Part shown: positions 36,431 through 48,082 of the stretch, piece by piece
How positions within the stretch are numbered: the first letter of the stretch is position 1
How the letters are laid out: every line of letters begins with the position of its first letter
DNA from: a virus
DNA: 64,000 bases
Virus record (IMG/VR): IMGVR_UViG_3300008050_000019
Strand: one strand, 5' to 3'
Made by a program: the position numbers and the translations under genes
The notes under the pieces: model-generated
Databases searched by the model: none
What the model saw: only the letters and a program-made list of their open reading frames with translations
Told to the model about the DNA's origin: nothing

Positions 36431-36721
36431 TTATACTTTTTTCTTGCGTGAAACCCTTTTCTTTTTTACCGGGGCTGTAACAGGCTTCTGCACCAGTACA
36501 TCAACTAGTGTTTGTTTGGCAGGCTCATGAAGTAACTGCTTCTCTTTAAAATACGCAGAAACCTTAGCTTTCTCTATAAGTGTCAATTCAAGGCTTGCGC
36601 TCTGAAAATGTGCTAGTGCCGATGATATCGAGTCGAATTTTTTTGCACGTATATACGACTCTATGCTCATTTTCTTCCTTAAAAGAAAATCATTAAGTTT
36701 AGTTCCCATTTTGTTCTCCAA
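36431..36721 (-). CDS. hypothetical protein with basic C-terminal tail
   Basis: ORF track; overlapping chain with the next two genes. Confidence 0.4.
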   Translation of the reverse strand: MENKMGTKLNDFLLRKKMSIESYIRAKKFDSISSALAHFQSASLELTLIEKAKVSAYFKEKQLLHEPAKQTLVDVLVQKPVTAPVKKKRVSRKKKV

Positions 36722-36980
36722 TTTGCATTGTGTCTTGCAAAAGTTCAGCTATAGACTTTTGAAAGTTCGGGTCTTGCGCTAATTTTGACGCGTCGCCCTC
36801 TACATTATAATAGTTCATAAGTTTAATAGCAAACTTCTCCATCGTACGTAGAATGCTATTGCGTACAGTAGAGTGACCAATGATAGTCCCAGCTGCTGTC
36901 ATATGCAAAGCTATCATTCTATAATCCATGCAGTCTTTTAGCGAAGTTGATATGGTTGAATACGTACTATCATTTTTCAT
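36699..36980 (-). CDS. hypothetical protein
   Basis: ORF track. Confidence 0.4.
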   Translation of the reverse strand: MKNDSTYSTISTSLKDCMDYRMIALHMTAAGTIIGHSTVRNSILRTMEKFAIKLMNYYNVEGDASKLAQDPNFQKSIAELLQDTMQIGEQNGN

Positions 36981-37155
36981 CTTTCTTTTTCTCGTCTTTA
37001 TTTTTGTTTTCTGGCCAATAACCTTTCTCTTTAAGAACTGACACGCTAAACTTTACTGTTTCAGTTGCTGCGTCTAACGCGACCTTTACAACAAAAGTCT
37101 CTGCTGCCTTTACAGCAAGCTTTTTTGCTAAATCGCCGAAAATAACATTAAGCAC
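36970..37155 (-). CDS. small hypothetical protein
   Basis: ORF track; overlaps the sigma factor stop by 8 nt. Confidence 0.35.
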   Translation of the reverse strand: MLNVIFGDLAKKLAVKAAETFVVKVALDAATETVKFSVSVLKEKGYWPENKNKDEKKKDEK

Positions 37156-37999
37156 ATGAAGCCTTCATCTTCTCTAACTCTTTAGAGGAGATTGGAAACT
37201 TTTTATGATCTTTTGGATTTTCCGTTAAACCAAATCTCATTCTAAGTATCTTTTCTTCTCTAGGGTTTAGTGAGTTTAAAACCCCAGATAAGAGAGCAGT
37301 AAGTTCTTTTTTATTAATTAAATCAAGTGGGGATTCTGAGTCGACGTCTTCTATTACATCTTTTAATGTTCTTGAGTCAGCGCCATCTGAGCCAATGGGC
37401 TTATCAATAGATACCAGCAAAGGAATACCTGAAATTGCTGATTGGACTGTCGTTTCAGTCACCCCTATTATCGATGCAAGCTCGGCGCAGGTAGGTTCTT
37501 GTGCATGCAGTTCAATGAATTCATCACGTGCCAATTGTATTCGAACGTAAACGTCAGTAACCCTACCAGAGGTCTTTATCTGCTTACTTTGTGATGCAAC
37601 TTCGCGCCCGATATTTTGGCGAATCCACCAAGTTGCATATGTTGAGAATCTAAACCCTTTTCTCCAATCAAATAACTCAGTAGCTCTGATTAAACCAATA
37701 TTGCCTGCTGCGATTAAGTCATCAAGACTGCAGCCTCTATTTTGGAACCTTTTTGCTATCGAGACAACTAAGCGTAAGTTAGATTCTATCATCTTATTCT
37801 TAGCTCTTGATTTCTCACTTTTGCTAATTGCTTTTGAAGATTCTATTCTTATTTCGCCATCAGGCTCTCTTGTATATTTAACATCCTCAAAGCCCTCAAT
37901 TTTTTGAGAAAGAATAATTTCTTGTTCTTTTGTAAGCAAAGGTCTTTTACCAATCTGTTTAAGATAAAATCCTACGCCACCACTATCTTGTTTAGCCAC
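37148..37999 (-). CDS. RNA polymerase sigma factor, sigma-70 family
   Basis: Region 1.2/2.1 'YLKQIGKRPLLTKEQEIILSQKI'; region 2.2-2.4 'NLRLVVSIAKRFQNRGCSLDDLIAAGNIGLIRATELFDWRKGFRFSTYATWWIRQNI'; region 4 HTH 'LNPREEKILRMRFGL'. Confidence 0.85.
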   Translation of the reverse strand: MAKQDSGGVGFYLKQIGKRPLLTKEQEIILSQKIEGFEDVKYTREPDGEIRIESSKAISKSEKSRAKNKMIESNLRLVVSIAKRFQNRGCSLDDLIAAGNIGLIRATELFDWRKGFRFSTYATWWIRQNIGREVASQSKQIKTSGRVTDVYVRIQLARDEFIELHAQEPTCAELASIIGVTETTVQSAISGIPLLVSIDKPIGSDGADSRTLKDVIEDVDSESPLDLINKKELTALLSGVLNSLNPREEKILRMRFGLTENPKDHKKFPISSKELEKMKASCA

Positions 38000-38017
38000 T
38001 ATTTCAAATTTTCCTGC

Positions 38018-38476
38018 TTAACCCTTTCTTAAAAGTGCTTTCTTTAATTGTTGCTTTTGCTTTTCTTCTTTTTTTCTTAAAATTTCTCTTGACTTAGCCT
38101 TTGATTTTTCAATATTAGCCTGTAATCTTTGCTGTGTAGATTTTTGTAGTTCAATCTTTGCATATGGTGCTACTTTAACTGCATATGCAAAGATTGCAGT
38201 CTTATCTATAAGAGAAACAAGAGTGTCATATGCAACACGATAAATTTCTTCTGTTTTTTCTATTTCAAGCAACCTTTTTTCGAAGGTTGCTTGTATAGTA
38301 AATGTCGCGTCTATTCTCAGCTGAGTTTGCTTTATACCCTGCGCTTGCGATAGCGCAGTTTGTCTGTAAGAATACGTGTCATTTGTCGCGTTGAATGCCC
38401 ATTGTGACACAAGATCCAAATTATCATCTAATGCTTGTATTTGTAACAATTCTTTTGGTTCTTTTATTCCATACAC
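38018..38476 (-). CDS. coiled-coil hypothetical protein
   Basis: Lys/Glu/Gln-rich C-terminal half; immediately upstream of the sigma factor gene. Confidence 0.4.
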   Translation of the reverse strand: MYGIKEPKELLQIQALDDNLDLVSQWAFNATNDTYSYRQTALSQAQGIKQTQLRIDATFTIQATFEKRLLEIEKTEEIYRVAYDTLVSLIDKTAIFAYAVKVAPYAKIELQKSTQQRLQANIEKSKAKSREILRKKEEKQKQQLKKALLRKG

Positions 38477-38517
38477 GATATGTTAATATTAACATTATAT
38501 TTTTTGCATTTACACGT

Positions 38518-38877
38518 TTATATTTCTTTTATAAAAACAAACACCCTGCCACGTTCATTCCTTAAACCATTTGTGTCTCTAAATTCTCTAGCGACAGAAG
38601 AAGAAATTTCCATCACTATACCTTCATTTTTTGCAAAGATACCAGCAGCATTCTTTGCAAAATCCCTCTTCAGACTAGGGATTTTGCTTAATGCCGATGT
38701 GCCTCGCTTCTTATATAACAATGCATACTTTATTACTTTTTGATGATCACCGGTAGGCATAGGATTACAAATATCAACGTAATTAATCCCATCTATTTTA
38801 TCATCTTCTTGTAAAGAATCATATGCTTCACCCGACGATGATCCAAATGCAATGGAGCAAACTATATTTTTGTTCAT
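38518..38877 (-). CDS. hypothetical protein
   Basis: ORF track. Confidence 0.4.
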   Translation of the reverse strand: MNKNIVCSIAFGSSSGEAYDSLQEDDKIDGINYVDICNPMPTGDHQKVIKYALLYKKRGTSALSKIPSLKRDFAKNAAGIFAKNEGIVMEISSSVAREFRDTNGLRNERGRVFVFIKEI

Positions 38878-39138
38878 TGTTATATTATTCTCTATTTAGT
38901 TTTTAAGTTTAAATTGAGTAATCTTTTATTAACTCGCTTGTATTAGAACCATATGTCCAAATTTGTCCTGAGATCCATTAGCAAAAAATTCGCTAAATGG
39001 CTACTACCATATTATGCGTCTGAGTATCTATTTTGGCGAATTTGAATATCATGGAAAATATACAACTCGAACATGTGCAAGATTAATCCTGCTCTTTTCT
39101 GGATGATTTTATATCATCACTAGGATGGTAATAGGTTA

Positions 39139-39167
39139 AAAATTACGATGAACTAGTAATTCAATCA
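39139..39167 (-). promoter_or_regulatory. conserved promoter-like motif (site B, partial)
   Basis: Transcribed strand TTGATTGAATTACTAGTTCATCGTAATTTTTAACC, in a 283-nt ORF-free gap. Confidence 0.3.
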
Positions 39168-39442
39168 AGTTGTGATACTAACTCAATGTCTATAACTTCA
39201 ATGCTACGAGTTTCACCCATAGGCATCTTTTTAATGAGACCTCTTTTACCATCCCCGTTTTCTTCGTCGACACCTAAAAATAGAAAGTACGTGCCCTTCT
39301 CGATGGGTACTGCTCCTTTAAACCAATCGTATGGGTGTTTTTCCTTTCCTTCATCATTTCCAAAAATAAACCCGTCTGATCGTGAAACTAAATCTTTAAC
39401 TGTCATAACCATATCGCCAAGTCTAAAACTACTTTTTACCAT
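39161..39442 (-). CDS. small 'GDxV-motif' family protein
   Basis: 'FRLGDMVMTVKD' N-terminal motif. Confidence 0.35.
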   Translation of the reverse strand: MVKSSFRLGDMVMTVKDLVSRSDGFIFGNDEGKEKHPYDWFKGAVPIEKGTYFLFLGVDEENGDGKRGLIKKMPMGETRSIEVIDIELVSQLD

Positions 39443-39680
39443 CGCCTTTTTTTGCCTTTTTTAAGAAAAGAATATCTTCTCGTGATATTTTTTCTATTCT
39501 ATTATCTACATAGACGTTGCAGAAGGGTCCATGAGCCCATACATCATAACGTCTATGAAATGTCATGTTTGTTTTACCAGAATTAAAACCCTCTTGTAAC
39601 GAGAGAATTATTCCTATTTTATTTAATGATGATATCACAATAAGATCACCAATTTCATATAAAGTTTTATCTACACACAT
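39429..39680 (-). CDS. small 'GDLV-motif' family protein
   Basis: 'YEIGDLIVISS' motif. Confidence 0.35.
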   Translation of the reverse strand: MCVDKTLYEIGDLIVISSLNKIGIILSLQEGFNSGKTNMTFHRRYDVWAHGPFCNVYVDNRIEKISREDILFLKKAKKGDGKK

Positions 39681-41532
39681 TTGAAAAAATTCCCCTTAGA
39701 ATGTTTGTGTATCGGGACGCATTTAGAGGATATAGTTCTATCAATCTTGCCACATCATTAAAGACTATAGAATCCCATTGCAGAAAGAACTGTGTTTGTG
39801 TTATTATATACATTTCGTATGCATCCCCTGGTGTGCATATACCTACACCACAGTTGCTCGTATTTAGCGCTACATCACTTTCATTGAACCCAGCAACTGT
39901 CTGGGCTGCTTCGTCTGTAATAAGAATGATGTAAGGGTATGCCCCTGTTGATGTTACAGTAGATTCTCTCCAATTGATAAGTGCTGGATTTGTGCTGTTC
40001 GCTAAATCATGAACTACATCGTATGAAGGCTCTACACCTGGATATGATGCGGTAAGATTGTTCAATGCTGCAGAAAATACAGTAAAATCAACGAGATTTA
40101 CTAGTACATTATAATTATCTCTTCTACCAGGAAATACAACTAAACCAAACCTATGTTCTGTCCCTTGAAAGTCTGCAACATAATTACTTATCCCTGCTTG
40201 CAGAGCGAACATAGCTTGTGTCATTGAACCTGAGCCATCTATCACAAAAATTATATCTACCTTATCATGTGGTGTAAGATCCTCATCGATGAGCCCATCA
40301 CAGTCATTGTCAACCCCATCACAAGATTCTTGCTCAGGATAAACTGGTCCAATGCAGCTTGACCAAATGCCTGAAGTGCATGTTCTCTCGCCTAAAACGC
40401 ATTGTCCGATACCAGCCGTAGCAGGATCTCCGCATGCGTCTGTTAACTCATCGATTGTGCCGTCGCAATCATCATCCCAGTTATTACACACTTCGGGCTC
40501 GGTAGCAAAAGAATAACATGTACCCCATACACCATTAGAATCGCATATTGAAATGCCGGTACCGCAATTGATAAGCTCTCCCGTAGCGTGATCTAAGACA
40601 TTTTGTCGGCATACTCTAGCGTCACCGACTGTACATGCACAATCTTCATCGATTATCCCATCACAGTCATTATCAAAACCATCACATATTTCTCGTACTG
40701 GTTTTCTAGCATTACACCCTATCCAGTTGCCCACGTTGCAACTTTCTATACCACTTTCACATGAGGTTCTGCATAACCTCTCAAGCCCTTCATCAATTGC
40801 ACCATTACAGTCATTATCAAAACCATCGCAAATTTCAGGCGAAGGGTGTACAGCACCAACGCAATATGTTTCTTCTGATGTACATATTTGAGTGCCAAGT
40901 TGACACAAACCAACTTCACTTGACGGGCCGCATGAATCTAAAATTTCTTCGTCAGTAATACCATCACAATTATTATCAAAACCATCGCAAGTTTCTGGTG
41001 TCGGCAAAATAACGCCTGTACATTGTCCCCACACACCATGAGTACACCTTTGTTTTCCAGTTCTGCAAACGCTAGGGCTAATATAACTGTCGACAGCTGG
41101 ACCAGTCCAGCAATCCCGTGAATAATTGTCAATTACACCATTACAGTCATTATCAAAACCATCGCAGATTTCTATCCCGCCTGGGTTTATTTCGGCTATA
41201 TTGTCGTTACAATCGTTATCACAAGAGTTGTAGCCATCACCATCACCATCATGTCCTTCGTCAACTAAACCATCGCAGTCATTGTCCAAACCATCACAGA
41301 TTTCATTAACTTGTCCGATGAACCCTTCACAAAATGCCATTTCATTTTTAGCATCGCATGAAGTAATCCCCTTTTGGCAAGTGCCAATAGAATCTTTAAG
41401 ATTATCTGTTATTATTTTTCCGTTATTTATTATACACGGGCGTGGGGACTGACATACTCTCGATAAGTTATCATCTTCACATGCAGCAATAAAAAGCAGG
41501 GAGATAGATAAAAGTATATATTTCAACTTCAT
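39667..41532 (-). CDS. lipoprotein with seven Cys-rich CDGxDNDCDGxxDE (MopE-like putative metal-binding) repeats and C-terminal vWA-like domain
   Basis: Lipobox signal 'LLFIAAC'; repeats 'EICDGFDNDCDG(I/L)IDE' x7; C-terminal MIDAS-like 'DIIFVIDGSGSM'. Confidence 0.6.
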   Translation of the reverse strand: MKLKYILLSISLLFIAACEDDNLSRVCQSPRPCIINNGKIITDNLKDSIGTCQKGITSCDAKNEMAFCEGFIGQVNEICDGLDNDCDGLVDEGHDGDGDGYNSCDNDCNDNIAEINPGGIEICDGFDNDCNGVIDNYSRDCWTGPAVDSYISPSVCRTGKQRCTHGVWGQCTGVILPTPETCDGFDNNCDGITDEEILDSCGPSSEVGLCQLGTQICTSEETYCVGAVHPSPEICDGFDNDCNGAIDEGLERLCRTSCESGIESCNVGNWIGCNARKPVREICDGFDNDCDGIIDEDCACTVGDARVCRQNVLDHATGELINCGTGISICDSNGVWGTCYSFATEPEVCNNWDDDCDGTIDELTDACGDPATAGIGQCVLGERTCTSGIWSSCIGPVYPEQESCDGVDNDCDGLIDEDLTPHDKVDIIFVIDGSGSMTQAMFALQAGISNYVADFQGTEHRFGLVVFPGRRDNYNVLVNLVDFTVFSAALNNLTASYPGVEPSYDVVHDLANSTNPALINWRESTVTSTGAYPYIILITDEAAQTVAGFNESDVALNTSNCGVGICTPGDAYEMYIITQTQFFLQWDSIVFNDVARLIELYPLNASRYTNILRGIFSNVCR

Positions 41533-41948
41533 ATATACTAACGTATATACGAAAAGTACCTATACGTTAATTAACTGTGTGTATCTTCTGTTGATTGCTC
41601 TGTTTTTTTCCTAAGCATTGAAACTACGGTAGCTAGGACAACTGTAAGAGCTAGGAAAAAACTGCCTGTACCAAATTGCCCAATGCCAAATGATATAGCA
41701 GAAAGGATACAATATATAATCATCGCTGGATAAATAATCATAATTCGATCCTAATAATTTTAGATTCTTCTGGTGTTCTATCTTCTATAGGTTCATCATC
41801 ACAGGGTAATGGAATTTGTATATATAACCGTTGTGGTTGCTCTTTCTGCTCTTCGCGAAGTTTGCTTAATGCATCAATTAACCATGCTGGTGTATAATTA
41901 CTCATATTGTGTCCTAATAATATTATTACTATATGTTAACATAGTACA

Positions 41949-42233
41949 CTAGCGACGAGCACTAATTTTACCCTTTATTTCGCCTAATTTTCCAATTATT
42001 ATGATGTTTTGTTCAACAATTCTTTCTAATTTTTCGTCTTGCTTAGCAACGTCTTTTTCCAAATTAGCGATTCGTGCTTCAAGGACTCGCCCGTCTTCTC
42101 TAGAAAGATAATTCTTGGCGCCCATATCATTAACATAAGCAATGGCACCACCAGTTGCTATTACTATCGCAACTATCCAGCTCCCGAAATTCTTAAAGAG
42201 CGTTAGTGTATTATAGGACGTCATCTTGGGCAT
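41949..42233 (-). CDS. membrane-anchored coiled-coil protein
   Basis: N-terminal TM helix 'FGSWIVAIVIATGGAIAYV'. Confidence 0.4.
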   Translation of the reverse strand: MPKMTSYNTLTLFKNFGSWIVAIVIATGGAIAYVNDMGAKNYLSREDGRVLEARIANLEKDVAKQDEKLERIVEQNIIIIGKLGEIKGKISARR

Positions 42234-42492
42234 CTAGTATTTCCTCTATTTCCTCTATTTCCTTTAAAATCTCTTTTGTTTGGCTGCGAGCATGCTGTGT
42301 GGCATTAGCTGTTTGTGGCACATCAATTTGGAGTGTTCTTCTTGCCATCACGTAACTATTTTTATGTTCCTGAGTATATTGGTATGTTTGTGCAATATTA
42401 ATCTGGTTCAACGCTTCCGACTCCGGGTGTCCTTTGTCACATGAGACTATAGGTAAGACAAGCAAGACGATTGTTAGTATTTTATAACGCAC
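42211..42492 (-). CDS. small lipoprotein
   Basis: 'MRYKILTIVLLVLPIVSC' lipobox. Confidence 0.45.
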   Translation of the reverse strand: MRYKILTIVLLVLPIVSCDKGHPESEALNQINIAQTYQYTQEHKNSYVMARRTLQIDVPQTANATQHARSQTKEILKEIEEIEEILDAQDDVL

Positions 42493-42533
42493 TAATATAT
42501 CCTGATAATAAGTAGTAAGCCTTATTGATTTGG

Positions 42534-43199
42534 TTAATTTATATGCACAAAAGAGCCGAATCGGTCTTTTATTAATAGCTCCAATTCGCCCTTTTCAATA
42601 AGAGGATGAATCACAGACAAGTAGCTATCGCCCTTTTTTGTTACTTCATCACTAAATGTTGCAGCATTATTAAGTGTTAACCAATTAAGAGCTAATTTAA
42701 GATCATTGGCATAAGCAGCAGTCATATTGACCGCTTTGCTAACTGATTCTCGTAAACCATGACGTCGCCGTTGTTTCTGTGCTGCAGAACTAGTAGTAAT
42801 AACAGACTCAGCCCAAGCTAATCCAGGTCGTAGGTGTGGAATCGCAATATTCTTAGCCGAAGAAATAGAAATCCACTTTGAAGAAGCGTGCTCGTATTTC
42901 TTTGTATGTGGATTCTTTGATATTTTTGCAGGCTGTATAGTAACACCAATGAACAATATAGTCTTTGTGCCATTATGACTTATCATACCCCACGGAAATT
43001 TTACATTAGAAATGCCAGCTTCTTCTTGTGTTTCTCGGGCTGCTGCACCAAATGCATCTTCTCCAGGGTCAATTTTCCCCTTGGGTAAGTCCCACCTTCC
43101 ATCGTGCGTTTTTAAGCATAGCACATGAGGCTTGTTTTTCAAAAACTTAATAAGTACAATGCCTGCGCTCTTTGTTTTAAACGCTTCTAAAAGGTTCAT
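42534..43199 (-). CDS. Nudix hydrolase
   Basis: Nudix box 'GKIDPGEDAFGAAARETQEEAGI' (Gx5Ex7REUxEExGU). Confidence 0.8.
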   Translation of the reverse strand: MNLLEAFKTKSAGIVLIKFLKNKPHVLCLKTHDGRWDLPKGKIDPGEDAFGAAARETQEEAGISNVKFPWGMISHNGTKTILFIGVTIQPAKISKNPHTKKYEHASSKWISISSAKNIAIPHLRPGLAWAESVITTSSAAQKQRRRHGLRESVSKAVNMTAAYANDLKLALNWLTLNNAATFSDEVTKKGDSYLSVIHPLIEKGELELLIKDRFGSFVHIN

Positions 43200-43212
43200 A
43201 CTTATTAAGTAT

Positions 43213-45031
<1,819 letters not shown>

Positions 45032-45073
45032 GTTACAAACTATAATACATAAATATGCGTGTTTGTATCATGT

Positions 45074-45898
45074 CTAAATTGAATTATGTTGTAAGTTACC
45101 GAACGTTTTTGTGTACTTAGCCCAAGTTGAGTCTTTGGTCATTGAGTTAAATTCGAATCCTACGAATTTTGCTTTGACAACATCCCAAGAAGCATGGCCT
45201 TTAGTTGTTTCAATTTCCGCCCATTCTTCATCAGGTAAAATATGAAACCTGATTAAGGTCTTACAAAGCTCATAGAGTTCACGGGCTTCTTTTCTAGACA
45301 ACTTCTGATCAAAGAGGATAGGATTATTTAACATTGCTTGCGCTGTCTTAGAACCTATCCCAAAAACACCTGGGATATTATCCGACCCGTCGCCCACAAG
45401 CGCTTTCCACTTAACATAATCATATGTAGGAGCCGAAACAAACTCTTTTTTCATGGGATTCCATAAAGTAACGTTATTATACAGTTGCAACAGCTGGATG
45501 AAGTCTGTGTCATTCGACACGACGGTTACGTCATCATTCGGATGTAGTCTGCTAATGATGTTTGATACTATATCATCTCCCTCGTAATTGGGATGCCTTA
45601 AAACTGTAATAGGGAAATCACGTAATATGCTAAAGATTTCATCTTTCTGGCGAGAAAAAGAGTCATATTCTTCACTTTCCATAGGAACACGTGTTCCTTT
45701 ATATTCTTCAAAGATTTCTAAACGCTTTACAGGAACACCTTCACTTGTTAGGTAACAAACGTCAGGTTTATGTTTCTCAATGATGGGTCTTAAGCCCCGA
45801 AAGAAGTTAAAACAAATAGGCCAATTGCCTTTTGAGTATCCGCTGCGGGCGCGGTGAATGAGGTTATAGCCGTCTAAAATTAAAACTCGTTTTCCCAT
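45074..45898 (-). CDS. 5'-3' exonuclease / flap endonuclease (T4 RNase H-like)
   Basis: 'KRVLILDGYNLIHRA' N-terminal motif and 'YEGDDIV' acidic cluster typical of the PIN-like 5' nuclease domain of Pol I / T4 rnh. Confidence 0.75.
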   Translation of the reverse strand: MGKRVLILDGYNLIHRARSGYSKGNWPICFNFFRGLRPIIEKHKPDVCYLTSEGVPVKRLEIFEEYKGTRVPMESEEYDSFSRQKDEIFSILRDFPITVLRHPNYEGDDIVSNIISRLHPNDDVTVVSNDTDFIQLLQLYNNVTLWNPMKKEFVSAPTYDYVKWKALVGDGSDNIPGVFGIGSKTAQAMLNNPILFDQKLSRKEARELYELCKTLIRFHILPDEEWAEIETTKGHASWDVVKAKFVGFEFNSMTKDSTWAKYTKTFGNLQHNSI

Positions 45899-45950
45899 AA
45901 ATTATTATAATTCGAAAGAAAACATTTTTACACTCTTATGTATTGAAGTT

Positions 45951-46289
45951 TTAATCAGCTAGCTTTAGGCCAATGGCAGCACCACGTTTACAAAACGTCC
46001 ATTTAGCGGTGACTTCGCCCCGCTTTAAATAGGATTCAGTCACAAGAGTATAGAAGTCAACCAAAAACATGTGATAATAGTTTCCTCTTAGATCTTCTAA
46101 AGTAAAACCTACTGAGGATCTGCCCTTCGAGTAGGAAATAATCTTCATTGTCGCATCGAACTCGAAGTTCTCTTTCCATGTTACAGGTTCATCACGTCTC
46201 GACTTATGATTATATGCACTTGATGCATTTTTCGCTGCCCCATGTACAACTTGCCCGTCATCTAAAATTGCAACTTTCCATTTTGCCAT
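45951..46289 (-). CDS. hypothetical protein
   Basis: ORF track. Confidence 0.4.
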   Translation of the reverse strand: MAKWKVAILDDGQVVHGAAKNASSAYNHKSRRDEPVTWKENFEFDATMKIISYSKGRSSVGFTLEDLRGNYYHMFLVDFYTLVTESYLKRGEVTAKWTFCKRGAAIGLKLAD

Positions 46290-46322
46290 AATGTATTATA
46301 TCACACAGGAAATTTTAATACA

Positions 46323-46739
46323 CTATCCTTTATACACAAGATCTTGCAGCGATGCGTAGTTGAATCCATCACCCGCTAATCCCTCAGTCTTTTCTTTGAC
46401 CCACTTCCCCAAACCTTGCATAATCATTCTTTTCATTTCTTCGAGATTCTCTTCGTCAGCAGCTCTATCAAACTCAGTGGTATCATGCACAATGTCATAA
46501 GCATCAATTCCCCACCGCCCAAAAATATCCTCAAGTTCAGTTTTGTCTGTTGCGACAGTGATATCATGGTTAAGTTTTTCAATGCCAGCAGCAAAATCTG
46601 TTTTCGCCGAGTCAAAAGTTGAAGATCTGACATCTTCTATTTCTGCTCTAACATCACCCTGATTGTTCGTTTTTGGTCCCCTCATTTTATAATTCCAGAC
46701 CAACTCTTCGTTGATAAATTTCTTTAAAATATCACTCAT
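46323..46739 (-). CDS. hypothetical acidic protein
   Basis: ORF track. Confidence 0.4.
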   Translation of the reverse strand: MSDILKKFINEELVWNYKMRGPKTNNQGDVRAEIEDVRSSTFDSAKTDFAAGIEKLNHDITVATDKTELEDIFGRWGIDAYDIVHDTTEFDRAADEENLEEMKRMIMQGLGKWVKEKTEGLAGDGFNYASLQDLVYKG

Positions 46740-46743
46740 AATA

Positions 46744-47577
46744 TTAACACGGGCTCCTACCTGATGCTGTAATTCTTCTAACTAATGGGTACATTTCACG
46801 AAACCTATTTAAATCTTTACCCCGAGCGTCAAGTCTTGGTGGTCTTCTTTTAAATGGGTATAGTTTTTTTGTTCTACTTAATGGCACGGCGGCTGTAGTA
46901 AAATCATTTATGAATGCATCTCCGACTAAACTGCTTGTGATTTGCTGGGACTGCAATTGCATAACTCTGACTAGCTCTTTTTTATCTTGCTCATCTAGCA
47001 GAATTCCCTCTACGTACTTTACATCTTGATCATGCGCGCATCCAGTTGACCATGTTATACCTAAATCTAGGGTTTCTCTTAAAACCTGTCTATTTGAATC
47101 GTCAATATACGCAAGATACAGCCGATTTGGCGCTGCTCCAGTTCTTGCATCGATGATAAAAGGATCTAGCCCTTTAAAAGGCAGCTCTGTCTTACTTGAT
47201 GCTGTTTTTGTTACAGTATTATAATCAATAGTCAGGATGGTATCAACGTCAGTATTTCTACCAGCGATGCTGTTCCAATAAAATCTAATAATCGGATCGC
47301 CACCGGCATCAATTTCTGACTGAGATGATATTGTTATCGCGGAAATGAACCTGAATACTTCATGAAGTAACTCAATTACTGTTGCTTTTACGTTAAAGAA
47401 ATTTGGGCCAGTGAGCGACCGCTTAACATCTGCGACGGTATAAATCTCCATCTCACGCAGGGGAGAACCTTTGTGGTTTTTTGACGCAAAAATAAATGAG
47501 TCATTCCCGGCTCGAGTGATAACGCATTCATCGACTCGTGCGGATGACGTAACTAATTGTGGAGAGCTAAATGCCAT
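46744..47577 (-). CDS. hypothetical protein (possibly structural)
   Basis: 277-aa ORF, no motif. Confidence 0.4.
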   Translation of the reverse strand: MAFSSPQLVTSSARVDECVITRAGNDSFIFASKNHKGSPLREMEIYTVADVKRSLTGPNFFNVKATVIELLHEVFRFISAITISSQSEIDAGGDPIIRFYWNSIAGRNTDVDTILTIDYNTVTKTASSKTELPFKGLDPFIIDARTGAAPNRLYLAYIDDSNRQVLRETLDLGITWSTGCAHDQDVKYVEGILLDEQDKKELVRVMQLQSQQITSSLVGDAFINDFTTAAVPLSRTKKLYPFKRRPPRLDARGKDLNRFREMYPLVRRITASGRSPC

Positions 47578-47596
47578 TACTATTAAGTATACTACA

Positions 47597-47791
47597 TTAT
47601 AGTTTTAAACTAGCAATTACAGTAACACAGACCTGATGAACTGGAATGTTGTAAATATAGCCATCAATCATAACTGCATGGTGTGGAACAAATCCATAAA
47701 GTGTTTTTTCTACGTAAATACCGCATTCGGAATCTACGTGTTTAGAAAGTTTAAGTTCAACTAAATCACCAAATGAAAAATTTAACTGCAT
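47597..47791 (-). CDS. small 'GDLV-motif' family protein
   Basis: 'FSFGDLVELKL' ... 'YIYNIPVH'; clear paralogue of 47791..48015. Confidence 0.45.
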   Translation of the reverse strand: MQLNFSFGDLVELKLSKHVDSECGIYVEKTLYGFVPHHAVMIDGYIYNIPVHQVCVTVIASLKL

Positions 47792-48015
47792 TATTCACTC
47801 AGCCTAGTCAACAAAACTAAATCTACATCATGTACAGGAATGTTATACAGATTACCTTCAATCATAAGCTTATATTGATCTGCATCAACCCATGAACCTG
47901 TGGAGTATGATTCTTGTACAAAGACGCAGCCACGAAAACGCTCTATATATATACCAAATAACGCCCCGATTCCAACAGGTAATATTCCAACTAAATCGCC
48001 AAAGAAGAAATCCAT
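47791..48015 (-). CDS. small 'GDLV-motif' family protein
   Basis: 'FFFGDLVGILP' ... 'LYNIPVH'. Confidence 0.45.
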   Translation of the reverse strand: MDFFFGDLVGILPVGIGALFGIYIERFRGCVFVQESYSTGSWVDADQYKLMIEGNLYNIPVHDVDLVLLTRLSE

Positions 48016-48082
48016 TTATTTAATTATAAAATATTAAATGAATAAAATACACTCGTTTATAACGCCACTTTAGTCACTCATA

